From assembly GCF_006345805.1 (NCBI RefSeq), contig NC_043010.1:45446001-45510000 (forward strand): a stretch of 64,000 nt of DNA, read 5' to 3'. The position numbers and the translations under genes were made by a program. Every line of letters starts with the position of its first letter. Position 1 is the stretch's first letter. Below are positions 36,375-49,856 of this stretch, piece after piece. Below the pieces are notes generated by a model. The model was not told the DNA's origin. It worked only from the letters and a program-made list of their open reading frames with translations, and did no database searches. This DNA is from Octopus sinensis (Eukaryota).

Positions 36375-36987
36375 TATGTTCTGTGAGATTTTTCTGTCTC
36401 TTAAGAATGATCTTTGCGAGTACATTGCTCGTTACTAATAGAATCATGAAACCATGCTACTTTTTACATTTACTAAGATATCCCACCTTGTTTCTCCCTT
36501 TTTTTTTTTATCTCTTAGGTTTTCCAGCTACCCTTTCTTCCACTCCATGTGCATTTTTATTTCTGTAACAAGAGAAATTAAATACTGAAATATATTCTGT
36601 CTTATACTCAACCATTTATGCTAAAGCTCAGTCAATGCAGAAATAGAAGATGGCATGGAAATGGAAAATATGGAAACTAAAGAACCCTGCTGTTGAGAAA
36701 AGGTTTTGAGAAATCCAATTGATGCATATATTGTAGAGAGAAAAATCTAGATACCTGTAGCACAGATGACAAACCATGGGATTATAATGCTCTCATTCCA
36801 TCATCCATGCCTAAAGGTTTTGTTTTGAATATTAAAGAACGCCATAAAATACTGAATACAATGTACGAAATGCTGTGACTATGGCAACCAATATCAGGAC
36901 ACTATTCTCAATAAATCAATGCACAATATTTGTGTGTGTGTGTGTGTGTGTGTGTATTTGTATCATTACAAACAATATAATCATATA

Positions 36988-37255
36988 AAGGGGTGGTGAG
37001 CTGGCAGAAAAGGGGTGGTGAGCTGGCAGAAAAGGGGCGGTGAGCTGGCAGAAGCATTAGAATGCCAGGTGAAGTGCTTAGCAGTATTTTGTCTGTCTTT
37101 ATGTTCTGATTTCAAATTCCGCCAAGGTCGACTTTGCCCTTCATCCTTTCAAGGTCAATAAATTAAGTACCAGTTGCATACTGGGGTCGAGGTAATCGAC
37201 TGGTCCCCTCCACCCCAAATTTCGGGCCTTGTGCCTAGAGTAGAAAAGAATCATA
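36988..37255 (+). mobile_element. SINE family C, full length, with a triplicated 22-bp head
   Basis: (aaggggtggtgagctggcagaa)x3, then central domain gactttgcc.ttcatcctttc..ggtc.ataaattaagtaccag. Confidence 0.85.
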
Positions 37256-38709
37256 TATCGTTGCAAACAATATAATATTACAAGGCTATAAGTATTCAAT
37301 ATACTAAATAGATTAATATTATTATTACATTACATTATAGTTTAAAGTGAACTACTTTTCCATTACTTGAAGATTTTTGATGGAGCTCCAATCTTTAGAT
37401 GACCTAATAGCAATCAACAAAGCTATGTTTCTAATGCTAATGGGTTTTTTTCATTAGTATTCCACAGCTTGAGATTGCTTGCTACCTATATGCAGTTTAT
37501 CTTACTGTTTAAATCTAATGTTATATCAACAGAGAAATATTTCCAATACTAACAGTGTTCTTGTCATTGCTTAATAGCACATGACAAAAATACTGCAAAC
37601 TTCTGGTTTCTTGTATCATAAGCCAATCTGGTTCTATTGTCAAGATTTGCCAGGAAGAACTTATTTTGATGATGATATGAGAAACTGTTAGCGTTGTAAA
37701 CTCATTTTTGTTTGACTATTAATCTATCATCTAGAAATGCTTCACTCTGTCGCTGCTGTTCAGAGTTTCTTGCTATGTGCACTCCTTTTGAAGACAAAAA
37801 AGAAAAAAAAAAATTGTGATTGGAGGAACTTAGTTGCATGGAATAAAATCCTAGGTATTGACTTGTTTGTTCTGGGTTTGGCTTGTCATTTAGGTCAAGT
37901 TATAGGACATCCGATATTGTAAGACAGAGTGGCTGCAGATGCACGAGAACAGAGGAATTTCTATAGAAATGACCAGCCTGCCCAACAGATGTGGTGGTGG
38001 AGGAAGAGAAAGGGGAGGAGAGGGAGAGGAAGAGGGAGGGAGGGACGTAAGGGGAGGAGGACAGGTGGTGAAGAGGAGGCAGGGAAGAGGAGAAGGAGTC
38101 ACTGAAATATTGGAGCTGCCAGCAGTAGTCATGTGATCATTGTAGTACACTGTAAAGGGGAAATATTAGGGTGTGGTGCTGCCAAATATCATTAGCCAAT
38201 TATCTGCTTAAGTGATGGTGGAAATGGTTAACTGATCCTCAGTTGAAATATATTCGAGGAGAGTGATAGTAGCAAGCAGATTGATCAGTTTGATTTTCTG
38301 GGTTAGATATATAACTGATCCATTCATGCCCTTCTTTGTGAAAATACCTATCAAAGAGATGCCATCCAACACCAACAGTCTATGTGCACTGGCCAGCTTC
38401 CCTTTTCATAACAGCTTCCCTTTTCATAACATGTAGATACACCTGATATGGTAAATGTTAGATTAATGGCACTATTTACACTTGAAGCACAAACATCACT
38501 ACACAAGCTCTTCGTCAGTCAAAAAAAACCTGGATAAATACCAGTACCAGAGCAACATTATTACTGTTAGAGATCTTGACTAAAATGGAACTTGATGAGG
38601 TGTTCCTCGTCACATAATAAAAACTCACAATCAACAATGAACAGAAATTGAACAAAGTACACTTCTATCTGTCTTCATGTGATGCAAATTGTAACACTGC
38701 TCTATTTAC

Positions 38710-39142
38710 TACGATTCACACTCACACACATGGCTTTTAGCCCAGCATATCCACAGAGAACCCTGAAAAATCTCCACATTGTAGACAATACTACAAGAAT
38801 TGCCAAGGACTCCAAATTTGCCATCAAGATGTAGGACAAGATATTGTGATAGCCTGGGCTTCAGAGGTCCACAGCTCTTCAATATCCTCCCGAAGGACCT
38901 GAGAGACCTGCATAGGGTGGATGCAGATGTCTTTAAAATAAAACTGGATCTCTTCCTGTCAGGTGTCCCAGATGAACCAACTTCACGGCAGGAGGTGAAA
39001 ATGAGGGCAGCTGCATCAAACTCTCTCATGCACCAAATGTCAATTGCTAAAAAGCATTCGTGAAGTAAAATCATGTAGCAACACCGAATGGCGGTGCCCC
39101 AGCATGGCCACAGCTTGTGAGCTGAAACTAGATAAGATAAGA
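38710..39142 (+). mobile_element. CR1/L2-like LINE 3' end
   Basis: ORF RTRYCDSLGFRGPQLFNILPKDLRDL...FKIKLDLFLSGVPDEP...AAASNSL followed by a stem-loop tail and (AGATA)n. Confidence 0.8.
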
Positions 39143-40199
39143 ATTAAAAGCAACGAAACATATACTTGTGTTATTGTTCATGGTCATCATGTTGAAAAGT
39201 AAAATGCTGGTACAGAATATCAGTTTTCTTTTAACTACCTATAAAATTTGAAAAGAAATCTAAGAAATGGTGCACCACAGCCACTACTATAAAATGTTGT
39301 TGCATGAGTTTATTGTTCTGGAGCCTAGTTTCTGAGTGATTGATGTATGGCTAGTATAGTTGCACAGTGGTGTCTGGAGAATGGTGGTGAATGAAATGGG
39401 ATGTTATCTGTAGGCTTGGCTGTGTGGTAAGAAGTTTACTTCCTCGACACATGGTTCCAGATTCAGTTACACTATATGACACCTTGGGCAAATGTTTTCT
39501 ACTATAGCTTCAGGCCAACCAAAGCCTTGAGTGTGGATATGTATGTATCTATGCATGTGTGTCTTTGTGTCTATGTTTGTCTCCTATCACCATTTGATAA
39601 CTGGTGTTGGTGTGTTAACATCGCCGTAAGATAGCAGCTCAGCAAAAGAGACTAATAGAATAAGTAGTAAGCTTTAAAAAATGTCCTAGAGTCGATCTAT
39701 TTGACTAAAATTCTTAGAGGCAGTGCCCCAGCATGGCAACAAGGAAAATAATTGAAACAAGTAAAAGATAAAAGATAAAATATATGTTACTCTGTATATA
39801 CTTTGAGGTGTTGTAGATTGAAAATAGTAGGTGAAAGAATTAACTCTTCTGATACACAATTTGTGTAGTAACACATTTTGGAATGGTTTTTTTTTGTTTT
39901 ACACCTTATAGGCATGGTGATCTGACATGCAGTTTACTAGCTAACATTTTGTATAGTTTATTGACAAGGCGTTGAGTATTTTGAATACTGTAAAAACCCA
40001 TGTAATTTGCACACCTGTGTAATTCATGCAGGTGATTTTCAAGATAAAATTTGTTTAAAAAAGCTTCTACTCATGTAAAATTCACACCTAAAAGTTTTCA
40101 GAATTATCAATATAGCCAGGGGAAAAAGGTTTCCAATTTAGTTGTGTTTAGCATCATTTCACTTACTTCTTATCAGATTTTATTAAATTTTCATTAAAT

Positions 40200-40406
40200 T
40201 CTTTTACTTGTTTCAGTCATTTGACTGCGACCATGCTGGAGCACTGCCTTTAGTTGAGCAAATCAACCACAGGACTTATTCTTTGTAAGCTTAGTACTTA
40301 TTCTATCGGTCTCTTTTGCCGAGCTGCTAAGTTATGGGGTATGTAAACACACAAGCATTGGTTGTCAAGTGATGTTGGGTGGAGGGACAAACACAGATAC
40401 ACAAAT

Positions 40407-40439
<33 letters not shown>

Positions 40440-40575
40440 CGACGAGCTTCTTTCACTTTCTGCCTACCAAATCCACTCACAAGGTTTTGGTCAGCCCAAG
40501 GCTATAGTAGAAGACACTTGCCCAAGGTGCCACACAGTGGGACTGAACCCGGAACCATGTGGTTGGTAAGCAAAA
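40200..40575 (-). mobile_element. SINE family B, near full length
   Basis: Reverse complement of 15332-15742. Confidence 0.9.
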
Positions 40576-41997
40576 ATGTTTGTGTTGTTTGTAATAAACT
40601 TTATTTTACATTTCTTGCCCACAAGAGATTATGTCTGATCTTTAGCATACTGCTGTATTTCTTCTCAAATCACAATTACAGGAAAAGTTGTTGATGAGAA
40701 TTACCAACAAAAACAAAGCTGATAAATATGCACAGGTGTTGCCAATTAAGTTTAATTACTAATAAACACCAGCTTGGGTGACACTTTACTCAGCCAACAG
40801 AGGAAGATGACTGATCAAGCTGATTATGTAAAAAGAATTCTTTTCTGCCTACTCTTGTTGGAAACTTTGATATGGAGTATCAAAATTTTAATCCCTTTCA
40901 CACTTATAAAATGTCAAGCAAACTTAAAAAATTGTCATTACCGTTATTGCCAGTATGGGCAGACCTTATGAATCATTTACTGTGAAGGAGAAATTAAGTA
41001 TGTGCTCCATTGTGACAGGTAGAAACTCCAAGCAATGTAAAATATGGCCCAGACCGTGTTTGCCAGCATGAGCATCAGACTTCAAAAACTAGTTAGCCAT
41101 TTAATGGTTTTAGTAAATTTATACAGAAAAAGTAAGCATTATGCCATCCAGCATAAATAAAAGTAAATTTCATTATGCATATTTAAGCCATTATTTTTTT
41201 TTGTAAAAACCTATTGTGACATTAAATGAGTCAACTTCCGGTACAAATATTTATGTTTTGTACATCGTTTTACAACAAAAAAATTTCAAAGAAAAATTCT
41301 GGAAATGATCTACTCATATAATTTATGCATCCGATAAAGTTTATTTCTATTTTTGTAAAAAAGGGTATCAATTAAATGGGTTTTTACAGTATAAGTGAGT
41401 ATATGGGAAAAAAGTCAAAAGTTTTTCCGATATCAACAGTACTTAGCAAGGTAAACATAGTGTTTTGAAGATGTTATGTATCCTTTACGTTAAGTTTATG
41501 AGTTGTCTGGTAGTTGGACATTGTGATCTGAATCCATGTTGTGGCTTAGAGAAGTGTGGGAGCCTCTAGGTGATCATTCACCCACTAGAATTAGTAGCCA
41601 AATCTCCTTCAATCTTTAAATGAATCATCTCAAAGAAATATGAGTATATTAAATAAAATAATTTTTATATTAATATTCTTTTGGTTAATTCCTACTAAAA
41701 CTAGAATGAAGCTCATGATGCTCTGAAGAGGTTTTATCCTTAATTTGAATTCATTCGAGCTTTTGAAAAGAGCATAAATATTACAACTTCTTTTCTTTCC
41801 CTAAAACATTAGCTTTTGCAGATAGCTGAAAGAAGACAAATATAGGTTTAAGTCATGATTAGAAGGAAGACAAGTTCATGCAAGCCATATGCCTGAGTTG
41901 GTTTCTGTTCTTGATTTGAATGCTTTAAATGTTTTATCAAAAGTTTGAATATCACCACACTTTTAGTGAAATTTCTTAAAAATAAAAAGCCTATAAA

Positions 41998-41998
41998 G

Positions 41999-42029
<31 letters not shown>

Positions 42030-42100
42030 CCATCACCATCACCATCACCACCACCACCACCACTACCACCACCACCATCATCATCATCATCATAATCATT
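41998..42100. repeat. (ATC)n/(ACC)n microsatellite
   Basis: Directly visible. Confidence 0.95.
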
Positions 42101-42104
42101 TAGC

Positions 42105-42720
42105 ATCCATTGTCCATACTGGCATGAGTTAGACGGTTTGACCAGAGCTGGCAAGCTGGAAGGCTTTCCTAACACCAACCACTCCAAGAGTGTAATGGGT
42201 GCTTTTATGTGCCACCAGCACAGATGCTATTTGCGTGACACTGGTGTCTGCCATGACTGTGATTTTACTTGGCTTGGTGGGTCTTCTTCTCAAGCACAAC
42301 ATAACGGCAAATGTCTCGCTCATTGCCTCCGTGAGGCCCAACACTCAAAAGGAACTTTGCATGTACCTCTGGTAACAGCCACTTTGCCTCCATGAGACCC
42401 AATGCCCAAAAGATGCTTTTTACATGCCCCCCAACATGGGTGCCAGTTAATTGACACCAGCATCAGCCACAACTGCAATTTCACTTGGCTTAATGGGTCT
42501 TCTCAAGCACAGTATATTGCCAAAGATCTCAGTCACTAGTTATTGCCTCTGTGAAACCCAAAGTTTGAAGATCATGCTTCACCACCTCGTCCCATGTCTT
42601 CCTGGGTCTACCTCTACCACAGGTTCCCTCCACAATTAGAGATCAGCACTTCTTTACACATCTGTCCTTGTCCATATGCATCACATGACCATACCAGTGC
42701 AGTTGTCTCTGTTGCACACT
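42105..42720 (-). mobile_element. RTE LINE (R1) 3' end
   Basis: 3' UTR plus ORF end (caccacctcgtcccatgtcttcctgggtctacctc = RGRPRKTWDEVV). Confidence 0.8.
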
Positions 42721-43563
42721 GATAACTTAAATATGTGACTGAGAAGCAATTATCATTTGGCGCTATTTTGCTTAATTTCCATTACTTATGCCTCTGGAAA
42801 TGGCATAAACATCAAAGCATCCCATTTCATTTATTTTTGTAAGTATTGAGATATTGTATCCCATCAAAGCGAAATCTAAATTAGTTTTCTTAAATTTCAC
42901 TTCAGATGGGTTTCATTTTTTTTGTGTTTCTTTTTTCTTTTCATTGACATTTGCTAAAAGACTTAGACCTCTACTACTACTACAATTTAAAATAATAATT
43001 TACGAAACCAATTTTTTACCTTTCTTCTCTTCAGTTTTATAGTGAAAATTAATTACACTGTTTTTTTTATTTTGACAAAAATTGCATAAATTAATTTGGT
43101 ATTTATTTTAAAATTCAAAACCCACACTCCTACCTAATTTTCAGGGGAAAAATAGAACATAAAAGATCAAAAACTAACATTGCCTTAAAGTTTTAATGAA
43201 TTGCTAATGAAGGTTATGGTTTATAAACCCATTAATCTAAATCAATCTGAAATAGGAAGTTTTCTTAGCAGAGATAATTAATTTCATTTGAATGCCTTCA
43301 TTTTTTTTAAAATTTCAATTGGAAGTTTTTAAGAAAAAACTTTTGTAATCTTACAATCATAAAGTTTAAAAAAACAAACATAAGGTTTTCAGTTCTCACT
43401 TTTCATGGAGATGATGTAGTCAAGTGGTTAATAGACTAAAATAACTGAAGGTCAAAAGCTCAGTTTCCATAACTTGGCATATGTGGTTGATGTTCGGCCC
43501 TAAGTCAACTTCACTCATGCAGATATATGGTTCCTTATCAATATGTTCTACCAGATGATAGTA

Positions 43564-43777
43564 TTAACCCTTCAGTATTCAAATAACTCTGTCAAATGTA
43601 ATCCTTATTTATTCACTTTGTTTTGAATTAATCAAGCATTATCTCATAGTTTTGTGATAGCTTGGTTTTAGAAATGACATTGTAGTGTAGGTGTGCAAGG
43701 CTAAATCTGGCCAGTTTGAATACAAGCAAGTTATATATTGTGGCTTGATATTGTCAGTTTAAATGCTAAAGGGTTAA
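43564..43777. mobile_element. MITE family A
   Basis: TTAA-CCCTTCAGTATT ... AATGCTAAAGGG-TTAA. Confidence 0.8.
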
Positions 43778-44079
43778 AGTTGATATGATTGAGGTTACTG
43801 GTAACTGAAATTTATCTTATGTATCACAAGAGGCTCATGAAAACTTTTTAGCTTAAATATTATAAAAGGTGAATCTGGAATCAGTTCCTAAATAGCGTCC
43901 CAGGTTCTTTAAGATCACAATACCAGATCTGGTACCTTGTACTTGCAATTATGTGAACAATGACATGAAAAATTACTTGTCTTATTCTTGACAGAAAGCA
44001 TTTTAAAATACTTGTTATATTTTTAATGGTTTGATCTGAAGAAAGAAAATATTACAGGCTCTCCAAAACTGGCAGGACC

Positions 44080-44830
44080 AATATGGTTCAAGCTTCTCAT
44101 TACTTTCCAGTTCTCTCAAGTCCTCTGCATTCAAGACCTGTGTCTCACTACCAGGCAGTATCACAATTCTAAGAAAGTGTTATACACTCTGCCCTTCACT
44201 CTGAGAGAGATAACCTATGCTGCCAGCAGCTGGCTGGAAAAAATTAAAGGCAGCAGTTACTGAATTTTCTGCTATATTTCCAGAACAACCACTTCCAATA
44301 CTGAATACATCTCCTAGATAACAAGAGCTATTAACTTTCTTCTAGTGAACCATCCGAGTATTTAAGAGTATCTATATCTGAAATCTATATCTGGTGTGCT
44401 CATTTTACATACTGCTCCAGTGCATCAACAATATGTAAAGCATACATTCTCTGACAGTCTGACTGTGATTCCATATATTTCTTGTGTGTCCATAGCTTAC
44501 AATGGGCATAGTATATGAAGTTTGTACCAACTCTTTTTCTGCATCTCAAGCAAGGCCATTTCCCTGAGGACACCAAGACCTGATCTTCTTTCCTCTTAAA
44601 ACTTTCATCTTTGCTAGGTTTATTTTACGAACACTTGATTCTAGGTTTAACTTCCAAGCCTGGAATTTCCACTCTAATTCTCCAATAGATCCAGCTATGA
44701 GAACTACTGTATTTGCCAGTATATAGATGTGCATTTTCTATTTATAAATGTGTCCATACATTGCCTGCATCTAATGAGTTTTTTTCACAGATGGAGGACT
44801 GAGTGCTATAGACTGGGGAACCAAATGGCC
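44080..44830 (-). mobile_element. RTE LINE internal fragment (post-RT)
   Basis: ELEWKFQAWKLNLES...INLAKMKVL. Confidence 0.65.
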
Positions 44831-45537
44831 TGGTATAATAATTGTTACAAATAATAAAGTATTGAAAACAAACCAAATTATCACAGACTGTTAGTACAAA
44901 CTTATGTAAATTTGTTTATAGTACATAGAGAGTTATCTGATGAAGTCATATCATCTCATTATATCTGCTTTCACAGCAGGCATAACCTACATCTGGTTGG
45001 TGTCTTACATTACTTAATGATTGTATTACATTTAAGAAACATTTTTTTAATTATCTAAATGAAAATTTCTTGTAGTAACATGAAAAAATTGTTAGATTTT
45101 TCATTCATGTATTGGCTATTTGCAATCAGTGGATGACAACAAAACCATAAAGCTGGTGCATCACTCTGATTGCCAATTGTGGAAACACAAAACCTCACAG
45201 CCAGAAAAACAAGTTTTATTCTGTGCTGGAGAATTCTTTTGACAAACGATGAACAATAGTACAGCTGATCTGAAAGATAATAAAATTGATACACTGTACT
45301 CCGATAACATAGTTTATATATGATAAATTAATGGTTTCATATTTTTTCTTAAATACTGTCACTATATTGTATTTACATGTACAGAATTATGCATTTTCCT
45401 CTACAATCCCACTTTAAAATATCTTTCAAAAGGTGTATGATGAAACATTTTAGATTTATATTTTTATACGAAATATACTTGTAAAATAGGAGTGAGTCTT
45501 ACTTGAAAGTGTGTCTTACACACCAGAAGATATGATA

Positions 45538-46030
45538 TCAGGTCATCCCATAAGTTCTGTCCAATTTTACCTTTCTTAAAATTGAATGAAATTTCATAGT
45601 ATTTTAGAATGTCTAACAGTAAAAATTATTTTTATGCATTTGTGTACATTTAAACTAATTAAATATTATTTTACAGAATAATAGAATTAAAATTTCTTTG
45701 ATTAAAACCCTTTGTAACATGGAAGTATCCAAACAGAATTTGAGGCACATAATGCTTTATGAGTACAAAAAAGGAAACTCTGCAGCCGAAGCGACTCGAA
45801 ACATACACTCAGATTAGGGGAAAGAATGCTTGAATGAATAAAAACTTGCAGAAGATGGTTTGCAAAATTCATAAGTGAAGATTTCAACTTGAAGATGAAA
45901 ATCATCCAGTTGAGTTTGATGATAAGCTCCTTGAGGCATTACTTGAAGAAAACCCTGCATTAACAGTTGAAGAATTGGCAATAAAGCTTAGTTCAAACCA
46001 TACAAACTGTCTATCGACATCTTCAACTGT
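45538..46030 (+). mobile_element. Mariner 5' fragment (copy at ~51026-51518)
   Basis: TIR tcaggtcatcccataagttctgtc; MEVSKQNLRHIMLYEYKKGNSAAEATRNI...RRWFAKF...LLEENPALTVEELA. Confidence 0.85.
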
Positions 46031-46653
46031 GCTAGTGTGTTTATGTCCCTGTAACTTAGTGGTTCAGCTAAAGAGACTGATAGAATAAGTACTAGGCTTA
46101 CAAAAAATAAGTTCTGGGGTTGATTTCTGTGACTAAGAACCTTTAAGGTGGTGCTCCAGCATGGCTGCAGTCAGATGACTGAAACAAGTGAAAAAGTAAA
46201 AGTGTGTATGCATGTATCTATATATATGTATGTATACATATATACAAATCATCTGTGCAGGTAGGCTGTTCTGTAAAAATTGCGGAATCTTCATCTGTTT
46301 ACGTAAAATTCATGGTGTGTGTGTTTGTTTTTTTTGAGTTTTGAGATCTGAATTGCTTCCCTTTTCATCTGGTGATTAATCACCAGAAACCTATCCATGT
46401 CAAATATTCAGTTGATATTTGACATGCAAAGTATTGATCCCCTTAGGTGCCTTAGTTTATCAGTTTTTTTTTCTTTCAACATCTCACTGATATTCTTTTA
46501 TTTATGGCTGATTTTCATTCTGTTTGTTGCATTGGGTCCAGAAAGAAAAGGCAATTTCAGTGATATGTAACAATGTGCACAATAGAATAGTCATAAGCTT
46601 TAATTTAAGAACATCATCATGCCACAGTCTCATAGATATGAATTTTATTTTAG

Positions 46654-47095
46654 ACTAGCAGCATAGCCCAGCGTTGCCCGGGTATGTAAGAGCCCCTAGT
46701 AGGCAACGACTAATCCCAATCTAGTCCTTTCCCTCTAGGGAACGAAGGCGCATGTGTAGGTTGCAATGTCTTCTCTTCACTCGAATACTTCTGTGTATAC
46801 GATGTTCCTAGCTGTCCCTTTGGGCGATAAAAAGGTCGAGTTGTGTCCCCTAGACAGAAAATGTGTTGCATATAAAAAGCTTAGATTCTCGACCCCATGT
46901 CGAATTTATCGATTTTTTTCAGAACTGGGGGAACTTTTCAAAATTTTCACTGCGTTAGTATTGAATTATGACATTGGGCTATGTGTGTGTCAAGTTTCAT
47001 CAGAATCGGTTGAAAGCCGTGGTCAGGGTGAGGGTACAACCTGACAGACACACAGACACACAGACAGACAAACTGCCGTTTATATAGAGAGAGAT
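46654..47095 (+). mobile_element. Helentron/DINE-like non-autonomous element (copy at 52143-52584)
   Basis: 5' actagcagcatagcccagcgttgcccgggta, 3' (gaca)n microsatellite and tatatagagagagat end, T-rich flanks, no TSD. Confidence 0.65.
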
Positions 47096-48109
47096 TTATT
47101 TTGCACCTTCTCTGATAGGTTCATTCATACTATTAGTAATTATTAATTATTGTTATAATATTTTTCAGGTGTATGATGAGAGTTAAATTAAAAGTGGGTT
47201 GGGTTTAAAATTTGTTATCTTAAAATTTGGAAAACCTTATATTTGAGAAAACATCTTCCAGCAGATGAAAATGTGGGGAGCCTTACAACATATATATATA
47301 GCCTGTAAACCACCAAGTATGCCACTATCTAACAATCGAGCTTTGAAATACTTCCTAAATTTAACTAATGATGAGCTTAAACATGAAAATCAGATCTTCG
47401 CAATTGGAGTTGTGTTAAATAAAATTCAAGAACTTTGGGATGTAGCAAGTATTCTATCTTAAGATGTAAGACATGCTGGCCAAGATGAAAATTAAAGACC
47501 CTAATTGAAGAGAGAGTTAGACTAATTTATTACAAGAAAAGGTCTACTTTCAATGACTATCTGACAAATTTTAAAGAAAAACTTATCTGATAAGGTTGCA
47601 TATTTTACAAGCAATCAGATAAAAATGAACACAAATGCAATCAGATAAAAATGAACACAACAAAGAATGAGCTGTAGAAATCTTGTGATCTGAAATTAAG
47701 CTGATTTGATAAGAATTATATTAAACAAATATCAGAAAATGCAAGAAAGATAAAAAGGTATTGAAATGTATGAGAAAAGAGATGCCTTGACAATTCAACT
47801 TTAACAATAATTTGTATTATTGAAACAGGAATTTGAAGTTGTGCATGTGAGACTCCAATATTGCATCATTCTATAAATATAGTTGAACTGATATTTGCCA
47901 TGTATCAGTTTCTGATGATTTGTCACCAGATGAAAATAAAGCAATTCAAATTTCTAAATTTTTTTCAGACTTTGGCACACCCTTTTGCTACGTGCATACA
48001 CACACATAAATATGTAACCAAGCGTGTGTATGTGTGTGTACATATGTATGAACATATATGTGTGTGGTGTGTGGTGTGTGTTGTGTGTGTGTGTGTATAC
48101 ACACACACA

Positions 48110-48421
48110 CGTGGCTTAGTGGTTAGGGCATTCAGTTCATGATTGTAAGGTCGTGAGTTCGATTCTCGGTGACGCGTTGTGTCCTTGAGCAACACTTTAT
48201 TTCATGTTGCTCCAGTCCACTCAGCTGGCAAAAATGAGTAGTACCTGTATTTCAAAGGGCCAACCTTGACACACTCTGTGTCATGCTGAATCTCCCTGAG
48301 ACCTACGTTAGGGGTACATGTGTCTGTGGATTGCTCAGTCACTTGCACGTTAATTTCACGAGCAGGCTGTTCCGTTGATCATATCAGCTAGGACCCTTGT
48401 CATTGCAACCGACGGAGTGCT

Positions 48422-48422
<1 letters not shown>
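48110..48422 (+). mobile_element. tRNA-SINE family D (copies 49871-50184, 53620-53932)
   Basis: A-box tggcttagtggttagg, B-box gagttcgattc; 3' module shared with the SINE at 12209. Confidence 0.85.
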
Positions 48423-48461
<39 letters not shown>

Positions 48462-48609
48462 GGAAAATGTGTTGTTGAAAATGCACTTAAATTCAAAAGC
48501 TCATAAATGTTTAAAATACAAAGATCTGGAAGTAGAGGTACCACGAATGTGGAGCCTAAAAACAGAAACAATTCCTATAATAATAGGTGCATTAGGTATG
48601 ATAAAAAAA

Positions 48610-48805
48610 AACATTCAGACAAGTACTTAACAAAGACACCAAGACTTACAAGTATATATAACATTCAGAAAATAGCACTACTAGGCACTGCACACATCCT
48701 ACATAAAACACTTTCAATACAGTGAAAATAAGAGCACCACAACACATACCCAGGGCACACAGAGCTGTACTCAGTAATTCAGTGAAAGCATGTGATAGAA
48801 ATTAA
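48610..48805 (+). mobile_element. R4/Dong-like LINE 3' end (in each duplicated unit)
   Basis: IYNIQKIALLGTAHILHKTLSIQ* resembles the C-terminus of restriction-like-endonuclease LINEs. Confidence 0.65.
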
Positions 48806-49496
48806 GTAGTAACATGAAAAAATTGTTTTCATTCATGTATTGGCTATTTGCAATCAGTGGATGACAACAAAACCATAAAGCTGGTGCATCACTCTGATTG
48901 CCAATTGTGGAAACACAAAACCTCACAGCCAGAAAAACAAGTTTTATTCTGTGCTGGAGAATTCTTTTGACAAACGATGAACAATAGTACAGCTGATCTG
49001 AAAGATAATAAAATTGATACACTGTACTCCGATAACATAGTTTAGAGCTGTACTCAGTAATTCAGTGAAAGCATGTGATAGAAATAAAGTAGTAACATGA
49101 AAAAATTGTTTTCATTCATGTATTGGCTATTTGCAATCAGTGGATGACAACAAAACCATAAAGCTGGTGCATCACTCTGATTGCCAATTGTGGAAACACA
49201 AAACCTCACAGCCAGAAAAACAAGTTTTATTCTGTGCTGGAGAATTCTTTTGACAAACGATGAACAATAGTACAGCTGATCTGAAAGATAATAAAATTGA
49301 TACACTGTACTCCGATAACATAGTTTATATATATATAATTAATGGTTTCATATTTTTTCTTAAATACTGTCACTATATTGTATTTACATGTACAGAATTA
49401 TGCATTTTCCTCTACAATCCCACTTTAAAATATCTTTCAAAAGGTGTATGATGAAACATTTTAGATTTATATTTTTATACGAAATATACTTGTAAA

Positions 49497-49596
49497 NNNN
49501 NNNNNNNNNNNNNNNNNNNNNNNNNNNNNNNNNNNNNNNNNNNNNNNNNNNNNNNNNNNNNNNNNNNNNNNNNNNNNNNNNNNNNNNNNNNNNNNN
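49497..49596. other. Assembly gap (100 N)
   Basis: Run of N. Confidence 1.
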
Positions 49597-49823
49597 AAGT
49601 TGTGCATGTGAGACTCCAATATTGCATCATTCTATAAATATAGTTGAACTGATATTTGCCATGTATCAGTTTCTGATGATTTGTCACCAGATGAAAATAA
49701 AGCAATTCAAATTTCTAAATTTTTTTCAGACTTTGGCACACCCTTTTGCTACGTGCATACACACACATAAATATGTAACCAAGCGTGTGTATGTGTGTGT
49801 ACATATGTATGAACATATATGTG

Positions 49824-49856
<33 letters not shown>

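Noticed and set aside
37702-37784. Minus-strand candidate exon after a strong polypyrimidine-AG (GVHIARNSEQQRQSEAFLDDRLIVKQK*)
   Set aside because: No recognisable homology or partner exons; stops after 27 codons.
44936-44990. CTGATGA motif as a further hammerhead (also 47910 and 63635)
   Set aside because: No correctly placed GAAAC/stem III/NUH/stem I pairing.
45055-45294. Repeated ORF MYQFYYLSDQ... (4 copies) as a gene family
   Set aside because: Copies simply reflect the tandem duplication; the sequence looks like a decayed DNA-transposon end, not a gene.
47265-47760. Disrupted reading PLSNNRALKYF...IQELWDVASI as a DNA transposase N-terminus
   Set aside because: Suggestive only; I cannot name a family without a search.
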